From positions 1-39,417 of the IMG/VR virus record IMGVR_UViG_3300038312_000324: DNA of 39,417 nt, one strand, 5' to 3'. The notes under the pieces were generated by a model. It was given only the letters and a program-made list of their open reading frames with translations, was not told the origin of the DNA and did no database searches. Both the position numbers and the translations under genes were made by a program. Shown in pieces: positions 36,625-39,417 of the stretch. The DNA is from a virus (lineage: Duplodnaviria > Caudoviricetes). Positions within the stretch are counted from its first letter, which is position 1, and each line of letters starts with the position of its first letter.

Positions 36625-36957
36625 ATGAGTAGACTTGAATTTGCTGAATGGTTAAATAATCAAATGCTTGATCGAGGCTTAACAGCCGCAGAGCTTTCAA
36701 AGCTTGGGAATATGGATCAATCCACTGTTTGGAGAATTTCTAAGGGTGAAAGAAGCGTAGGACTTGATTCGGTAGTAGGAATTGCTAAAGGCTTGAGGCT
36801 TTCCCCGATAGAAGTTTTCACAATAGCAATTGGCTACAAGCAAGATCCCCGCACAGCAGACCAAGAACGTCTTCTACATCAATATGACTTACTTTCAGAA
36901 GCCGATAAAACACACCTTATGAACTACATAGATTTTTTACTGAGTAAGCAAGGATAA
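36625..36957 (+). CDS. XRE-family HTH prophage repressor (CI-like)
   Basis: LTAAELSKLGNMDQSTVWRISKGER HTH, divergent from the early operon. The start is ATG 36625 or 36613. Confidence 0.85.
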   Translation: MSRLEFAEWLNNQMLDRGLTAAELSKLGNMDQSTVWRISKGERSVGLDSVVGIAKGLRLSPIEVFTIAIGYKQDPRTADQERLLHQYDLLSEADKTHLMNYIDFLLSKQG

Positions 36958-36959
36958 AA

Positions 36960-37172
36960 ATGGCACGAAGAAAAAAAGGAATTCCAGGCGTGTCTTTTAG
37001 TTGGAAGCGAGCCACTGGCATTAGTAGTGCAAAACAGAAGATTGCTAGGACTACTGGCATTCCAACGACTAAGCATGGTAGACAAAGAAAGGCTGGCAAA
37101 ATGTTGGGGTGCATGATTCCTTGCACGTTAATAATGGTGATTATTTCGCTAACTTTTGTCATTCTTTTTTAA
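36960..37172 (+). CDS. Small basic hypothetical protein with a C-terminal TM helix
   Basis: SFSWKRATGISSAKQKIARTTGIPTTK.GRQRK followed by a hydrophobic tail. Starts 2 bp after the repressor. Confidence 0.65.
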   Translation: MARRKKGIPGVSFSWKRATGISSAKQKIARTTGIPTTKHGRQRKAGKMLGCMIPCTLIMVIISLTFVILF

Positions 37173-37220
37173 GATAAGTAGACTCTAACAATTAATTCTG
37201 ACCAAGGAGAAAAACATAAA

Positions 37221-37451
37221 ATGGCCGATAAACAACCTATCTCTGTTGATTACAAAGGCATAGCAATGGAAGCCGCTTGCGAGGTCGCAAATATGTATAT
37301 TTTGAATAACGTTAAGGAAGATGATTATTCTAAGAAGCTTTCATCATATGCAAATTTAGTTAGCGCTTTGTATTTCACAATGATTGGACAAGCTAATGTC
37401 AAACCTGAAGAAATACAAGAAATATTAAGTAGTGGTACAAAAAGAGGATGA
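37221..37451 (+). CDS. Hypothetical protein
   Basis: ORF with an AAGGAG RBS. Confidence 0.55.
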   Translation: MADKQPISVDYKGIAMEAACEVANMYILNNVKEDDYSKKLSSYANLVSALYFTMIGQANVKPEEIQEILSSGTKRG

Positions 37452-37507
37452 CAGGAAACATTTGGAAAACTACATAGATTTTTTACTGAGTAAGTGAGAT
37501 ACGCTGC

Positions 37508-38296
37508 ATGTTTCTGGTTTATTACGACGAGTCAGGTGATGATGGTAACCCGGGAAGCTCCGAGCTTTTCGTTCTTTCTGCCCTTGCAATCCACCACCAA
37601 AATTGGCATGAAACATTTCAACGGATCAAACAATTGCGCGATACTTTGCATCAAAGCTTCAATTTGCCAAAAACCATTGAATTACACACAAGGAATTTAA
37701 TCCTAAATAAAAGACCTTATCACCACCTCAGATTTTCAGATGCTACTAGAATCAATATCTTAGACTATAGTTTTTACTTCATGTCTACATTAAACATAAA
37801 ATTCACCAATGTGGCGATCCTTAAAAAAAGAATCATATCTCCGGCTTACAAAATCTTAGACACCGCAGTAACCTATTCGATTCAAAGATTAGAAAACACA
37901 ATAGCCAGCCAAAGCCCCGGAGAAAAATATTTGATCATCACAGACGAAGGGCGTGTTGAGAAAATGAGAGCTACAGCACGACGTATCCAGCGCATAAACT
38001 ATATCCCCAACGACTCAGGATTCGGCTCATATAGGCAAGAAATACGCGGATTAATCGAAGACCCTTTGCCCAAAAAATCAGACCAGTCTTACTTTATTCA
38101 ACTTTGCGACATGATGTCTTACTCAGTAAGCCTATACCTGCGCATGAAATACAACCTCGGGCATCTACCAGGAAAACTTCCTACACAAGTAGATTTAAAT
38201 AAGGTTGAAGACTGGTTGAATATGTCAACACCTGTTTTGAACTTGAACGCGACACGCACTGATAAATATGGGTTTGGAATTGTTGGCTACCCTTAA
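37508..38296 (+). CDS. DUF3800 domain protein
   Basis: N-terminal Y.DESG, ELH, central DEG and C-terminal S..IQLCD signature. Confidence 0.85.
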   Translation: MFLVYYDESGDDGNPGSSELFVLSALAIHHQNWHETFQRIKQLRDTLHQSFNLPKTIELHTRNLILNKRPYHHLRFSDATRINILDYSFYFMSTLNIKFTNVAILKKRIISPAYKILDTAVTYSIQRLENTIASQSPGEKYLIITDEGRVEKMRATARRIQRINYIPNDSGFGSYRQEIRGLIEDPLPKKSDQSYFIQLCDMMSYSVSLYLRMKYNLGHLPGKLPTQVDLNKVEDWLNMSTPVLNLNATRTDKYGFGIVGYP

Positions 38297-38340
38297 TAAA
38301 AAACTCCACCCTACCCGCATTCACGGTTCAAGTGGATTAC
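38296..38340 (-). ncRNA. Putative small RNA convergent on DUF3800
   Basis: On the minus strand: TATACT -10 (38350-45), then UCCAC-UUGAA-CCGU-GAAU-GCGG-GUAGG-GUGGA and a U-run. Confidence 0.5.
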
Positions 38341-38527
38341 TTATAGTATATATGATAAATAGGAATAATTCAAGAAACTGAATGGCATCGCAATTGGCTT
38401 TCAGATTTAATGACCGCAGGATTCATCGGGCAAAGTGGTTGGGACGAACTCGATCGCATAGAACAATGTCTGCCAACAGGATGCAAATAAAAATTTCTAA
38501 CTAAATATTGAGTAAAGAAAGAGAACA

Positions 38528-38857
38528 ATGCAAATCATCACCGGCGAAGTAAATGAAAATCTCATTGTCAACGAAGATGTCTTACTTTCAGGAACTTGCA
38601 ATGGGAATATTTACATTGAAAAAGATGGTGCACTGGCACTGGAAGGCACATGCAATGGCATCATCATTGTAAAGGATCTGGGTGTCGCAACTATTCACGG
38701 GACAGTAAACGGTTACATATTCAACCTTGGTGGCGAACTATTCGTTTATGAAAACGCCATTATTTTAGGCGGGGCATATCACATTTATGGCGTTTCTCAG
38801 GGAAATGTAACCTACTTGTCTGAAGAACCGCCTTCAGATGATGAATTCTCAGAATAA
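38528..38857 (+). CDS. Bactofilin-like beta-helix protein
   Basis: Repeats of G-T-[CV]-N-G-x-I-x-[IV] separated by hydrophobic strands. Confidence 0.6.
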   Translation: MQIITGEVNENLIVNEDVLLSGTCNGNIYIEKDGALALEGTCNGIIIVKDLGVATIHGTVNGYIFNLGGELFVYENAIILGGAYHIYGVSQGNVTYLSEEPPSDDEFSE

Positions 38858-39030
38858 TCGTTACGTAAGTCATCAGCTGTTCGAAAGTGAAAAGTAGTTC
38901 CACATTCTGCACATCTCCCATGAAGCGTTTTAACACTCATGGCACCAATGTTTATACGAACCATTTTTCCATTCTCGATAACAGCACTTCCAAGTTTTTG
39001 GTTACATCGAATACAAAAAATATCTTTCAT
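38812..39030 (-). CDS. Com-like zinc-ribbon protein (paralogue of 26753..26992)
   Basis: DIFCIRC...CAECG. ATG 39030 follows AGGAG. Confidence 0.6.
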   Translation of the reverse strand: MKDIFCIRCNQKLGSAVIENGKMVRINIGAMSVKTLHGRCAECGTTFHFRTADDLRNDYSENSSSEGGSSDK

Positions 39031-39362
39031 ATTAGGATCTCCTAATGACAATTAGAACCGACACACCAAAAAGCGTCAAGTTTATAAAAATGTCACCATT
39101 ACACCGGTACCTTTTGAACTTCATTCACCGCCTACTTTCTTTACTGAGTAAAACCACATACAAACAGTATAGAATATTTATTCTAATATCACAAGTGTCA
39201 AAAGTGGAAATCCGACCCCCAAAAATGCCAAAAGTGGAAGTTTGTTAAGCTTGGGTTAGACAATAATAACAAATTATGAAACATAGTACCGCCGACATCA
39301 TTTATTTCAACAAGAAAAACAAAGGACTTTACTCGATAAAATGACAAAAAAACATCCTTTCA

Positions 39363-39417
39363 AGAGCATGCGACTGAAAATCGCAGGGTCCACAGTTCAA
39401 GTCTGTGACTCGGCATA
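39363..39417 (+). repeat. attR core (duplicated 3' part of tRNA-Phe)
   Basis: 55-bp exact copy of 4180-4234. It may extend past the window end. Confidence 0.95.

Larger units (their letters stand above)
4180..39417. mobile_element. Temperate siphovirus-like prophage integrated in tRNA-Phe
   Basis: Bounded by a 55-bp direct repeat of the tRNA 3' part, with the integrase next to the tRNA. Lysis, tail, head, packaging, replication and immunity modules are all present. Confidence 0.95.

Noticed and set aside
39363-39417. Second tRNA-Phe gene
   Set aside because: It lacks the 5' acceptor strand and most of the D arm. It is the attR duplication.

Overview
The window has about 4.2 kb of host DNA followed by one apparently complete ~35.2 kb temperate siphovirus-like prophage. 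The host part holds a 128-bp tandem REP-like repeat, a WD40/beta-propeller gene, an M13 (PepO-like) lipoprotein peptidase and tRNA-Phe(GAA). The prophage is integrated at the 3' end of tRNA-Phe, with a 55-bp att core at 4180-4234 repeated at 39363-39417. It carries a tyrosine integrase, a GH25 + C39-like endolysin, tail fibres, an A118-like head/tail module, terminase, a holin-like gene, a Panacea toxin-antitoxin pair, a PrimPol/helicase replication module with an inverted-repeat origin, recombination genes, an XRE repressor and a cargo region (DUF3800, bactofilin-like). The most unusual signals are non-coding. (1) A palindromic 9-mer, TACT(C/G)AGTA, occurs at least 22 times exactly across the prophage, inside and between genes; an unannotated ribbon-helix-helix gene is a candidate binder. 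(2) Two homologous, covarying promoter-leader-terminator RNAs precede the two late operons; Com-like zinc-ribbon genes are candidate antiterminators. (3) A tRNA-like RNA in the early operon carries a pyrimidine loop. (4) A small convergent RNA lies behind DUF3800. All counts and alignments were done by eye and no database searches were run.
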